The position numbers were made by a program, and so were the translations under genes. 64,000 nucleotides of DNA from Selaginella moellendorffii. Lineage: Eukaryota; Plantae; Lycopodiophyta. The notes beneath the pieces were generated by a model. The model was not told the origin of the DNA, ran no database searches, and saw only the letters and a list, made by a program, of their open reading frames with translations. Of the stretch, positions 50,611-63,451 are shown one piece after another. The stretch covers positions 56,463 to 120,462 of the forward strand of contig NW_003314444.1 of the NCBI RefSeq assembly GCF_000143415.4, written 5' to 3'. Position 1 is the first letter of the stretch. Each line of letters begins with the position of its first letter.

Positions 50611-52181
50611 TGTTAGGATCCTATCCCTTACACCCTAAGCCAACTGGCTAAAGGGGTGATCACTTGATTGTAGGGCCCTTTCCTTATCCTATTATCCTGA
50701 CCTGGTGCCTAACAATCCTCCCCCTCGTCAGGGAATGATCATCCACGATCATACTTAGGCCACCTTCCGGTCACCATGGTCCTTCTCTTAGGGTCTACCA
50801 AACCTTGGTTCTCCCTCTAGATCCACCATGTTGAATATTCCTTCAGAATATTCCTGCCCCACTTGTCAACCACGAGAATCAAACTGGGCTCCAATACCAA
50901 TGTTATGATCCGGCGCAAAAAGACAAAGATCTAGTTGCCCAAGACTATGCTACGCCACCTCTTGAGGTTCCTCACCACCCAACCACCCCCGAGCTACCTC
51001 AAAAGCTCCACTGCGCCGCCGCTCCACGGTGAGCCCTAGGGTAGGTTAAGTCCCTTACCCTAACATGCCTTAATATACCCTTGAGCCTCCCTTTGACCGA
51101 CGTTGACCACGTAGTCAAAGCTGGCGCCTAACAATTCTTCCCCCCCAACAAAGTCCTTGTCCCAAGGACGAGTTGTACCGGTGATCACCCTTTCTGGGGA
51201 ATCCTGCTCAAGCTCCTGGTCCATCTTCCACAGCCGTATACATCAAGAAGGCATTGGGCCCGTCACTCCGAGATAGTACACCTTTCAACTGGCTGACATA
51301 AAATACCAGATGAATTTTCACCCCAACTGGCAGCCGCACTCGATAAGCCGCTTTACCAATGCGCTCCAGCACTTCATATGGACCAGCATATCGATGGGAA
51401 AGTTTATCACTCTTCCCTGTCCGTAAAGGCACCAAGTGTTCCGCCGCTCACTTGACGGAAGATCACTCGCACAAAGACAAGATCACCCACCTTATATTCC
51501 CNNNNNNNNNNNNNNNNNNNNNNNNNNNNNNNNNNNNNNNNNNNNNNNNNNNNNNNNNNNNNNNNNNNNNNNNNNNNNNNNNNNNNNNNNNNNNNNNNNN
51601 NNNNNNNNNNNNNNNNNNNNNNNNNNNNNNNNNNNNNNNNNNNNNNNNNNNNNNNNNNNNNNNNNNNNNNNNNNNNNNNNNNNNNNNNNNNNNNNNNNNN
51701 NNNNNNNNNNNNNNNNNNNNNNNNNNNNNNNNNNNNNNNNNNNNNNNNNNNNNNNNNNNNNNNNNNNNNNNNNNNNNNNNNNNNNNNNNNNNNNNNNNNN
51801 NNNNNNNNNNNNNNNNNNNNNNNNNNNNNNNNNNNNNNNNNNNNNNNNNNNNNNNNNNNNNNNNNNNNNNNNNNNNNNNNNNNNNNNNNNNNNNNNNNNN
51901 NNNNNNNNNNNNNNNNNNNNNNNNNNNNNNNNNNNNNNNNNNNNNNNNNNNNNNNNNNNNNNNNNNNNNNNNNNNNNNNNNNNNNNNNNNNNNNNNNNNN
52001 NNNNNNNNNNNNNNNNNNNNNNNNNNNNNNNNNNNNNNNNNNNNNNNNNNNNNNNNNNNNNNNNNNNNNNNNNNNNNNNNNNNNNNNNNNNNNNNNNNNN
52101 NNNNNNNNNNNNNNNNNNNNNNNNNATCACTTGATTGTAGGGCCCTTTCCTTATCCTATTATCCTGACCTGGTGCCTAACA
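50611..52181 (-). mobile_element. Composite LTR element: family-C outer LTRs, integrase C-terminal fragment and a different 233-bp internal LTR
   Basis: TSD GGCAT at 50606-50610/52182-52186; outer LTRs 50611-50714 (104 bp) and 52126-52181 (gap-cut, identical over the visible part); inner LTR 50901-51133 with PBS (50888-50899) and PPT; [34 protein letters not shown]. Confidence 0.85.
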
Positions 52182-52775
52182 GGCATGGCATTGCTTCAGG
52201 CGGCGCAAGATGCTGTCTGTCCAAACGAGATGGCCTCTTTGAGAGCACGCTTAACACGATTAGCAGCACGACATCGGGGAGCTGATGACAACGCCAATGA
52301 GTACGGCAGTGGTCGTAGTGAGGACGAGGGCAACACAAACCTGTCTTCTGATCAAGGCAGTGCTGCTGCTGGTGACAATAGTAACCGGAAAAGTCCTCCA
52401 GGTATGTATTTGAAATTTCATGAGTTGTTTGTTTGTTCTTCATTCACTCATTCTAACTTTTTTCCGTGTTTGTTCTGATAGGATCCAACACCAACAGTGC
52501 TCCTGCTAGTGGTGGCGGTGCATCGGGAGCTTGAGAAGGAGAGAATTTGCACGACAACTACTGGCGATCAAGTAGCAGCTGACATGATGACGACGATGAA
52601 GTGAGGAAGACATGGTAGCAACCGACAGTGGAGCAAGTATCTTCTTTCTTCTGTAGTATAGAGCCAGATAATGAAGTTTTTTTTTCTATTTTTTGTTTTT
52701 TTTTGTTATGGAATTTGCAAAAAGCACTGTTTAGCCCTACATAGAGAAAGAATAAAGCTAGTATGTAAGCTTCTT

Positions 52776-53009
52776 CTAGCATTGTCTAATTTTATGTATC
52801 TTTGCAACAATCTGTCCATCTTCACATTTTATCTTACAAATGTCTCCTACTTTTGCTTGCTGTTTGCACAGGAATTCTTGCCATTTTGTATCAGTCTTGA
52901 ATTTGAAACTTCTATAGTCATTGTTTAGAAGTTCAAACATGAATTCACTGTTTTCTTCAAACACAAAAAAGACTTTATCACCATTTTCGCATGAAAAAGA
53001 ACACTCCAT
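52776..53009 (-). CDS. Small ORF resembling the C-terminal half of a B3 DNA-binding domain
   Basis: TKWQEFLCKQQAKVGDICKI resembles the B3 consensus GWxxFVxxxxLxxGDxCxF; TATA-like CTATATAAAG at 53037. Confidence 0.35.
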   Translation of the reverse strand: MECSFSCENGDKVFFVFEENSEFMFELLNNDYRSFKFKTDTKWQEFLCKQQAKVGDICKIKCEDGQIVAKIHKIRQC

Positions 53010-53177
53010 TGATCGTTGAACCCAATCAGGAGAAAGCTATATAAAGGAAAATTCATTCACAATTAACATGATGAGTAGTTTGTGTTCGTACCTGTAGCCG
53101 CATATTCTGGCAAAAGTGGAAGGGTTGTAAAACGAATGCTGTTTCCATATTTTTTTAACCTAAACCTAATTTCAGTT

Positions 53178-54562
53178 ATGGATTACTGTGGTCGCCTTCC
53201 TTTTCTTCCATTTGAGCTAGTGTATAGGATTGCCACTACCAGAGGCTACAACAACGCTATTTTTTCTTGCCTATCTAAACAATTCTACAGGTGGTGTAAC
53301 ATGGAAACAAACTGGAAGAAGCATTGTCAATGGGATTTTGCATTATGCTCACCAATAACCTTTGAAGGCCAACGTGTTGGAACATATAAGGTTTATTTTG
53401 TTCATATTCTGTTTTAATATTTAATTTTTTTTTCAATGCAGGAGGCTTACAAGAGCTGGTATATGACATTCAAAAGATACAACTTTGACATCGTTGTGCA
53501 AACCAGGAATATTGTCACTCAATTGAAATCCTATATACATCTCAAGGCACATGAATTTTTCCCAACAATATTGGGAAGAATGCCCAACCAAATATTAGAT
53601 GAAGCTGAAAGCGAGTTACACGTGCCACTTCCACAGTCACTGAGGTGTTTCTTACTATCAAGGAATGGACAGTGTAGTCGTTCTATTTTCGAGGGTTTTG
53701 TAAATCAGGAATATGGAGGTTTGATTGGGTGTTACTGGACAAACAACACGTTTATGTGTTAAAAANNNNNNNNNNNNNNNNNNNNNNNNNNNNNNNNNNN
53801 NNNNNNNNNNNNNNNNNNNNNNNNNNNNNNNNNNNNNNNNNNNNNNNNNNNNNNNNNNNNNNNNNNNNNNNNNNNNNNNNNNNNNNNNNNNNNNNNNNNN
53901 NNNNNNNNNNNNNNNNNNNNNNNNNNNNNNNNNNNNNNNNNNNNNNNNNNNNNNNNNNNNNNNNNNNNNNNNNNNNNNNNNNNNNNNNNNNNNNNNNNNN
54001 NNNNNNNNNNNNNNNNNNNNNNNNNNNNNNNNNNNNNNNNNNNNNNNNNNNNNNNNNNNNNNNNNNNNNNNNNNNNNNNNNNNNNNNNNNNNNNNNNNNN
54101 NNNNNNNNNNNNNNNNNNNNNNNNNNNNNNNNNNNNNNNNNNNNNNNNNNNNNNNNNNNNNNNNNNNNNNNNNNNNNNNNNNNNNNNNNNNNNNNNNNNN
54201 NNNNNNNNNNNNNNNNNNNNNNNNNNNNNNNNNNNNNNNNNNNNNNNNNNNNNNNNNNNNNNNNNNNNNNNNNNNNNNNNNNNNNNNNNNNNNNNNNNNN
54301 NNNNNNNNNNNNNNNNNNNNNNNNNNNNNNNNNNNNNNNNNNNNNNNNNNNNNNNNNNNNNNNNNNNNNNNNNNNNNNNNNNNNNNNNNNNNNNNNNNNN
54401 NNNNNNNNNNNNNNNNNNNNNNNNNNNNNNNNATATATCGTTATGACAAAGAAATTTACTCTAGATGTGCCTAATTGCTACCTGTGGTTGGAAAGTATTA
54501 ACACCACTCATACTTCAAGAGCAAAGCGTTTCAGAGTTTCTTTTTTTGACTATCTATATTGA
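53178..54562 (+). CDS. Divergent SKIP16-like F-box/SMI1-KNR4 protein; partly in a gap, possibly truncated
   Basis: F-box LPFELVYRI..SCLSKQFYRW..WKKHCQWDFAL; intron 53391-53441; EAYKSW..F.RY; LDEAESELHVPLPQSLRCFL..NGQ; GLIGCY. TAA at 53760-53762 abuts the gap. Confidence 0.65.
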
Positions 54563-55622
54563 TATTAATGTTTTCTCTAGAAGGAAGATATTAAAAGACT
54601 TTAGAACTAAACTTTAATGAATTATCTGTCTTAATAAGACGTGAGGTGTTCATCTAGAACATGCATTAACTTTCTGTGATCCTTGTTGTACTTCTGAAGA
54701 GCGCTATGAGGATAGGCAACTTGTGAATGCTCTTGAGCCTATACAGCATGTACCTACCATCAATACTTCAAAGTTCAGTTCTGCTGCAAGATCTCATACA
54801 TCCTCTAACATGACCACATGCTTGTTTTAGACTCTGTCCAAAAAAATCTCAAATCCTTAGTTTGTTTTGAAAAAGAACAAAAGCAATTCAAGTGAATGAT
54901 TTCTGTCACTATGTCAATGATGAATATGGGCATAGAGTGACATCCAGCTCCGTTGGGATAGATAGTACATTTCGGAGCTGGATTAAATGAATGGATTTAA
55001 GTTCACAGGCCTGTGCCTACACTTCCACATTGGAGCCACTTAGCATGCATGAAAATAAGTTGAGTTAAACCTTGTCCAAACTATTCCTAACAGCAGCTTC
55101 GATCTCAGCAGAAGCTTCCTCTAACCATGTGTTCCTGTAGAAATCAACGAGTGGAATGATAAACAAAAGCAACAGAGAGAATACACATGCTTCTGAAAGT
55201 TTTCACGTTTTGCCTTTGTGCTTCACAAATCTTCCTGAGCTAGCTTGAGTTGTATAAATAGGAACAACATCTGTCATATGTAACGTTAAACACAACAACA
55301 ACCTTCAAGTGGGATACAGGTAAACATAGTGCTTTTTAAGTTTTGCTATCAAAGCTAGAGGAAGTTCTTCGTTTGGGGTATGGTTTTGTCACAGCAGTAT
55401 GGTGACAGAAAGGCTATCTAGAAGTCCCAATGGTAGAGTCGACTTAATGCTACAGGTAAGTCTTGTTCTTTGCTATCACGTCATTCTCATGTGGATCCAG
55501 GATACAAAATTTAAGCACCACTACATATCGCTATCTGATCAATGACAGCAGTGGCTGGAGAGAGAGAGGAGATTTGGAGTCGGAATCACAGCAGTAGCAG
55601 CAGCAGCATCACCAGTGAGAAG

Positions 55623-55945
55623 ATCTCAAGGCCATGAGAATTCTCCACCAGTTTGGGATCAGTCACATGTACGTAGCGGCCAGGTGAGAAGGGAAGTGCG
55701 GGGGACAGGGACGAAGATCTCCTCACATTCAAATATATATAACCACAGATACCACCTACTAAAAAATTAACCATAACGGAAGTGCATAGAAAGAAAAATA
55801 GGCAGCTAGCCTCTTCCCACTCTTTCATGCACTGTGCTCCATGCACAGTGTGTGAGTGGAATCCCGAATGGGACAGCCTTTCGCTCGATGAGCAGGCCAG
55901 ACTCAAGGCTCAGCAGGGCATGAAATACGTTTGCCTCGACAGCTT
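55623..55945 (+). pseudogene. Acyl-activating enzyme (AAE) gene fragment
   Basis: APCTVCEWNPEWDSLSLDEQARLKAQQGMKY resembles plant AAE GPSTVCAWKPEWDSLP..QA.L.ARQGVRY; upstream ILHQFGISHMYVAA. Confidence 0.7.
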
Positions 55946-56210
55946 ACACCAGAATCAACCCATTAGTTTTGGCAGGGTTGGCAACCACCAATTCCAAATT
56001 CCAAATGCTGATACGTTTTCTATTTATATGTTACCTCCAAGTCCTTGGCACTACACTTTTTAGAGCGATTGAAGTAGGGGACATGTTATGGAACACTTTG
56101 ATATCGGGGTTCATTTACTGAGAATTCCATTAGCCATTTTATCTTCCAATATTTGTATGTTTTGGAAGTTATAATTTAAAAAGTGTATTCATATTCTAGG
56201 GTTTGTAACC

Positions 56211-57750
56211 ATGGCGTGCACACCACATGGAGTGAGGCTTGTCAGGGAGAATTCAAAAGACGAATTTGTGCTGCGCATCACCGACATTCTTCTGCCGGAA
56301 ACCAGATCATATGGGCGCATCATAGTTACTGATGGCATAGACAACATCGAAGCTGTAGTTTCATCTCATATTACGCAAGCCATGAGAATGGAAATCATAC
56401 GACCAAACACGTTCTTGAAGTTCACAGACTACGCATTTTATGCAAACAATGGAAAAGAGTATGCATGTGGTTATATAGTGATTTTCAATTCTATGGTTTT
56501 ACTTTTCTACAGGACTTTAATTGTTTTGGATGTAATGTATCTTCATAACAATATCTGGAGTCCAATTCCAACTTACAATATTCAACCCAAATCAAGCAAA
56601 GTGAGTAAAATGTCAAAAACAACTTCAGCAAATCTTTTCATTGAATTTTTCCTTTCATTGTTAAAAAAAAATGGTGCAGGCATCTAAGCGTCATAGTGGT
56701 GTATCAAGTGTAAGTCTTTTTTCTTTGGAACCAATTTCACAAATTTTCTTTCTTTTTTTAAAAAAATTGTTATTGTAAATGTAGGAGAATGAGTCAAAGC
56801 GGCCATTAATTGCTCAAACTGCAATTGCAAGTCTTACAAACCGTTCATATAAATGGTCATTTAAGGCGAGAGTCACTCACAAGGACACTCTTAGACAATT
56901 CACTACAAAACGCACAGGTTGGGTCTTTAATTTTTATGTGGCTGATTCTGCAAGCAGTGAGATTCGTATAGTCAGCTATGGTGAAACTGCACGTGCGTTG
57001 TCAGAAAAAGTTATCCAAGGGGCCATTTATATATTTTCTGGAACATGTGGTCTTCGTTCTGCTAGTGAGCTCTACACGCCTTTTCCTGCAACTTGGGAGA
57101 TACTTGCAGATAAAAAGATGGAGATTATGCCTACAGCAGATGATGAATGTATTCCACGTATTGTTCTTCACCGGAAATGTATTGCTGAAATACTTGACAT
57201 CACTATAAATAGTTACATAGATCTTGTTGGTGTGGTGATATGGGTAGGATTGACAACTGTAACCCCTCGTGGCGTGGAAAGTTCTAACAAAAGGAGGATG
57301 ATGACAATATGTGACAACTCTTTTCATAGCGTTGATGTTTGCTTGTGGGGTGACTATGCCGATGAAGAAGGTAGCCAACTGCTTGAAAATATATCAATTG
57401 TGTGCATCAAAGGTGGCCGTATCTGTGAGTTCAACGAAAGATCAGTATCTGTTACAAATGTTTCAACCTTGGCTATTGATGCCGACTTGGATTTAGTGCA
57501 GGAGATGCGTTCTTGGTATCAGAATATGTATGCAAATGCAAATATTACACGAATATCTAACTCCTCATGGAGCATGCCTATTGAGGGAACTTTAACTATT
57601 TCGGAACTTGTTTCCCTTCGGCTTAAAGTCTCAGAGCATTCAGCCATATATATAGTTTATGCAAATATCAAAGAGATTAAAATTGAAGATTTCTGCTATG
57701 CTTCCTGCAAACAACTTATATCTCTGTATAAACTATTATTAAACTTATAA
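56211..57750 (+). CDS. Divergent RPA70/RPA1-like ssDNA-binding protein, truncated in DBD-C
   Basis: N-terminal OB (RIIVTDG..LKFTDY..LIVLDV); DBD-A (IASLTNRSYKWSFKARVTHK..ADSASSEIR); DBD-B (IDLVGVV..KRRMMTICDNS..VCLWG..IKGGRICEFNERSVS); ends just after FCYASC. Confidence 0.85.
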
Positions 57751-59477
57751 ATATATTATAGCTTATTATTTATTTATATATATATTCACTTTTGAAACAC
57801 ATGTGATTGCTTCTGAGTGTTCACTTTTGCAAGCCTCAAAGTTTTTCACCAGGATCATTCCAAAGAACCAAAGTGAAGTAGTGGTCTCCTAAAATTTTGT
57901 ATATTTAATTCGTTATCATAAATTTAAAGAGCTTTCTAATCACTCACAATTCAATAAGTGGGACACAATAAGATGAGGAAGTAGAGAAACTTGATCCATT
58001 TCCACAGTTCCACTGGAAGCTGGACAGTGCCAGAGAGTGTTTTCTTTTTCATCTTGAGCAAAGCTTTTACAAGGCATACTTGACAAAATAATCTTCTAGA
58101 AAACAGTACAAACAAGAAGAAACAGGGCGAGAATGGAAAATCAGTTACTTGCTCCTACTTTGAGTCTGAAAATTGTCTTCAAATTGAAAATCTGAAGATC
58201 ACTTCCGTCATGCTTCATGAGCAGGGTTCATCAGATCTGGCACACTCATGATACTGTTGTAGACATTGATCACGAACTTAGCTGAGTCAATGACACTTTC
58301 TATCTGATTTCTCTTACCCATCACTTTTGAAAGTTTCATTGGATTCCATGGTGAGAAACTGCTCGGTAGTCCTGGAGGCCTTTTTTTGAGGACCAGACTC
58401 ATAACATAGCAGGACCAATACTTTCTCTAGGTGATTCATTCAAGAGAAAAGCCTATCATATGGCGCAAAGATCCACTTTGGGATTGAACTGGAGTAACTC
58501 CAGAGGTGTGACTCATCACACAGCAGCCCTTGCTGACTCATTGTTCATTTCTGGGTCACATCATCTCCAAAGCCTCATCTTTTGTCACCCTATTTTTGGC
58601 GGCTATAACTTGGATATGTCCTCACTGCTCCTCTCAAGGGATGACATAACAGCATTTTTCTGGACCCAACCTATAGCATTGCTGGTTCCAGCAGAGACCT
58701 CTCTAGGAGTAGATAGTGTCTCCTAGATTTCCAATCCTTCTCCCGATGAGTAGCAGGCTTCCAGATTGAATGAGCAGTAAAACTTGCTTAGAACTTTCTA
58801 CCATTACTCAACCCTGAGATACTCTTTGATCCTGGGAGCTGCCATGACCACATACTTCTTCCCCAAAGAAAACAATGTTGTGAAAGTAGGGCTTTGCAAG
58901 GGAACTCTACTCTGGAAGCATTGAGAGGATAAAAACCAGCACCTCATGGCTACCTCTGCATGGTATCATTAGATACCATGAATCTAAGCAGTAAGAAAGC
59001 TAGGAATGCAGCTAGGAGCATGAATGTTGGGCTAAAGGACCTGTTTCAAATGGCAAGAGCATGAATGGATATGTCAAGATTCGTGCTTGAGGTCGAGCAC
59101 TTGCCATGCGGTCATGTCCTCAGTGGGGCAGGACATGGCTACGCTGTTGTCATTCATGCTTTTCTCTAACTGTTAAAAATATTTTCTACACTAAGAAGCC
59201 TTTCTGTTGGCAATATGGCACAGACCGATTGTGCTCCATAGAAGGTACAAGTCCTCCAAGGCTTCAAGGCTGCAATACCTGCTTGGCTTCAATCAAAACT
59301 TGTCTGGGTAAGCTATGACAATGTAAAAACGTTAAATCTATTAACCACTTAAGTAACACAAGTTCAGGAAATATTATTAGAACCTAAAAAATGAACAAAT
59401 ATTAATTTAAAGAATCATTAAAGTATATTTTTATATCAGAAAACTAATTTACATTTACAGACTTTTATATCTACTTC

Positions 59478-59783
59478 CCATCAGAGCTGGGATCCCTGAT
59501 TTTATTTCTGCTGGAATCCCTGCTAATCTTTTTTTCATTTATTTTTATATAATTACAAATTAAAAGAAAATTAATTATTTGTAAACTTGATTTCTCTTAT
59601 AAAAGGCTTTGTGATTATTATTACTCTTATAGATTTTATAAATGCTCATGATAAATCTTAGAAGCATACAATACACACTAATTTATTCTATGTTGCACTA
59701 TTAGCTATAACTTTTCTATCTCAGTAAAGTGTTTTCAAAGGTTTATTTTTGTCTAGGCCAGCGGAGCTGGATTCCTTGCTGAG
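59478..59783 (+). mobile_element. Cluster of degenerate Helitron 3' termini
   Basis: CCATCAGAGCTGGGATCCCTG (59478), GCTGGAATCCCTGCTAA (59510) and CCAGCGGAGCTGGATTCCTTGCTGAG (59758). Confidence 0.65.
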
Positions 59784-62700
59784 ACTCCGTTGATGTTGAA
59801 TATCCTGAAGATTTCCCAATTAAATTTCTAAGCTCTATCATTCCCGTTGGACTACCACCACACAAATTGATTCTAAAAGAAGGTTATATAATTATTCTTC
59901 TGAGAATATGTTTCCAACAATTGGATTATGCAATGGGACTCGACTAATGGTCAAAAGAACTTCACGCTAAAGTTTTTGANNNNNNNNNNNNNNNNNNNNN
60001 NNNNNNNNNNNNNNNNNNNNNNNNNNNNNNNNNNNNNNNNNNNNNNNNNNNNNNNNNNNNNNNNNNNNNNNNNNNNNNNGAAGACATATGGATGGATTCC
60101 TCTTGTGTTTCTATCAAATACCTTTTGTACTTCTGCTTTGTTTGGTAGGCGATTCTTATTATACTTCTTGCCATTTAGAATCTGTGTTGTGAATACAGTC
60201 AATCCTGCATGTGATAGTTTTTTTTGTAAAAAAAAGTAGAGAACAAAGAGTATAACATCCACACTTACCCGGTGCAACATTCTTTCTCTTGTTGATTCTT
60301 TTAAACTGTTTGACTTTGCTTATATATGTTGTAATCTTTCTTGAGACCCCATCACTGCTAGCAAAGCCATACATGTATTCTGATGGTGGACACCCAAGCA
60401 CATCAAGTTTTCGTGCTTGACTGTCAGTTGGAAAGAATCTATCACGTTCACAAGGTTTCATTAACCATCTTTTCAAATCTAAATCTAAATTACCTGTCGT
60501 TTATCATGAAGTCACGACGGCATATGCGCTTAATTCCTCTTTTCTCTATTTCACTTGTAGCCTTCATCCACTTCTCCATTTTTTCTGCTTCGTTGCTTCT
60601 CTCTGCCATTTCCTTGAGAAAGTATCTATTAACCTAGGTACACGTGAAAATGTTTTGAAGCTAGTCTTGTTGTAACTGTTTTTATAATAGAGAATATCTG
60701 TTTCATATGTTTAAATTCAAGGTCTTTTCATCACTATGGATAAACTTTAAGTGATTATCTTTCTTTGAACTACAGTCTAACCAATGCTAAACAAATGCAT
60801 CAGAACCCCAGAGCATGAAAGACTTAATGTTCAACAGATGCTGTACGGAGCTTAGTCTTTTCGTGGATAACACACAAATGCTAGATTGCTTTGGGTTTGA
60901 GAGATCTATGGCTTCCTTGTAGATATGCTGGCCTAAGTCTTTTTTGTTCTTGGTTTAATATGAAGTTCTGACCAAATAGAAATACGTATTAAAGATNNNN
61001 NNNNNNNNNNNNNNNNNNNNNNNNNNNNNNNNNNNNNNNNNNNNNNNNNNNNNNNNNNNNNNNNNNNNNNNNNNNNNNNNNNNNNNNNNNNNNNNNNNNN
61101 NNNNNNNNNNNNNNNNNNNNNNNNNNNNNNNNNNNNNNNNNNNNNNNNNNNNNNNNNNNNNNNNNNNNNNNNNNNNNNNNNNNNNNNNNNNNNNNNNNNN
61201 NNNNNNNNNNNNNNNNNNNNNNNNNNNNNNNNNNNNNNNNNNNNNNNNNNNNNNNNNNNNNNNNNNNNNNNNNNNNNNNNNNNNNNNNNNNNNNNNNNNN
61301 NNNNNNNNNNNNNNNNNNNNNNNNNNNNNNNNNNNNNNNNNNTATAGCAGTAAAGAGTTGTACCTTTGCAACCAAAATAATCAGGCGACAGAGCTTCCTG
61401 AACTGGCCAAATCCGTTTGGCAGACAAAACGCAGTGGTATCAAGTTATTATTTCGAAATGCAACAAATATCTGGTTCAAATCTCTCCTTTTGATTCTTTG
61501 TTATGATTTTCACCAAGACCGCATACTGACAATACTGAATTTCTCGAGCAGCATAAAAATCAAGAACAAGTAAACAATATCTCACAATTTATTATCTGAC
61601 ATTGGAGTTTTCTCTGGTGCAATGCAAGAACAGAAACTATGTATTGGTGTTTTATTGTAGCCATTTGTTCTTACACTTCGGAACTTGCGATGAGAACACG
61701 GAAGAGCACTTGGTGATCCACTGAGGAGTCTTTATTATAAGGCTAATTGACCTCAGTTAAGGTCTCCATATCTATTATTCGTGAGCTTGGCGAGGAGAGA
61801 CTCAAGCAAGCATTCTGCATGAACCATTCTGTCAGACAGGTTAGTGCCCTGGGGAGATGCAATATCTGTGGCGTCTAATGCACAGGTACAGCTACTCATG
61901 TGCGTCACCATCTCCTAGTGAATCGCTTTACAATCGAAACTGGAACTCAGGTAGGACTATAAGAGCCTGATGAGTTTTCTATCACTGTATGGAAAATTTC
62001 CAAGTACATTTCTTTCAAAGAGTTATAGAGGGTCCTGTGAAACATGTGTCTTTGAGTTCATGTATTTAAATTAACTGCTTGATAGAGTACTCATGTATTC
62101 ATGTGTGCAAATGAAGATCAAAAGCTTGACAATGAACGTTGCCTATTTAAAATACACTATATATCTAAAACTTATCTCATACCAGATTATGTCTACTACG
62201 AAACACTGGTTTAGTTTGTCATCTTAAGCTGGGCTAAGCATCATATTATATGAAATTTTTTATTGCATTGAAACAACTAAACTGGAACAACTAAATCCAC
62301 AAAAGATGTATTCATCAATCAAGAATTAATAAGAACATCTTGTTCCTTTTGATTTATTTATTGGGTGCAAACCCCATAATACCATTGCCTATTCCTACCG
62401 CAAATCTACCATGAGGGGGATTACCAGCCATATGAATCTTTGCTTTTGTTGNNNNNNNNNNNNNNNNNNNNNNNNNNNNNNNNNNNNNNNNNNNNNNNNN
62501 NNNNNNNNNNNNNNNNNNNNNNNNNNNNNNNNNNNNNNNNNNNNNNNNNNNNNNNNNNNNNNNNNNNNNNNNNNNNNNNNNNNNNNNNNNNNNNNNNNNN
62601 NNNNNNNNNNNNNNNNNNNNNNNNNNNNNNNNNNNNNNNNNNNNNNNNNNNNNNNNNNNNNNNNNNNNNNNNNNNNNNNNNNNNNNNNNNNNNNNNNNNN

Positions 62701-63451
62701 NNNNNNNNNNNNNNNNNNNNNNNNNNNNNNNNNNNNNNNNNNNNNNNNNNNNNNNNNNNNNNNNNNNNNNNNNNNNNNNNNNNNNNNNNNNNNNNNNNNN
62801 NNNNNNNNNNNNNNNNNNNNNNNNNNNNNNNNNNNNNNNNNNNNNNNNNNNNNNNNNNNNNNNNNNNNNNNNNNNNNNNNNNNNNNNNNNNNNNNNNNNN
62901 NNNNNNNNNNNNNNNNNNNNNNNNNNNNNNNNNNNNNNNNNNNNNNNNNNNNNNNNNNNNNNNNNNNNNNNNNNNNNNNNNNNNNNNNNNNNNNNNNNNN
63001 NNNNNNNNNNNNNNNNNNNNNNNNNNNNNNNNNNNNNNNNNNNNNNNNNNNNNNNNNNNNNNNNNNNNNNNNNNNNNNNNNNNNNNNNNNNNNNNNNNNN
63101 NNNNNNNNNNNNNNNNNNNNNNNNNNNNNNNNNNNNNNNNNNNNNNNNNNNNNNNNNNNNNNNNNNNNNNNNNNNNNNNNNNNNNNNNNNNNNNNNNNNN
63201 NNNNNNNNNNNNNNNNNNNNNNNNNNNNNNNNNNNNNNNNNNNNNNNNNNNNNNNNNNNNNNNNNNNNNNNNNNNNNNNNNNNNNNNNNNNNNNNNNNNN
63301 NNNNNNNNNNNNNNNNNNNNNNNNNNNNNNNNNNNNNNNNNNNNNNNNNNNNNNNNNNNNNNNNNNNNNNNNNNNNNNNNNNNNNNNNNNNNNNNNNNNN
63401 NNNNNNNNNNNNNNNNNNNNNNNNNNNNNNNNNNNNNNNNNNAGAGAGTAT

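Noticed and set aside
58200-59050. DUF288/STELLO-like membrane protein relic on the minus strand (hydrophobic stretch plus KPYFHNIVFFG)
   Set aside because: One short motif amid many stops and frameshifts; too weak to call.
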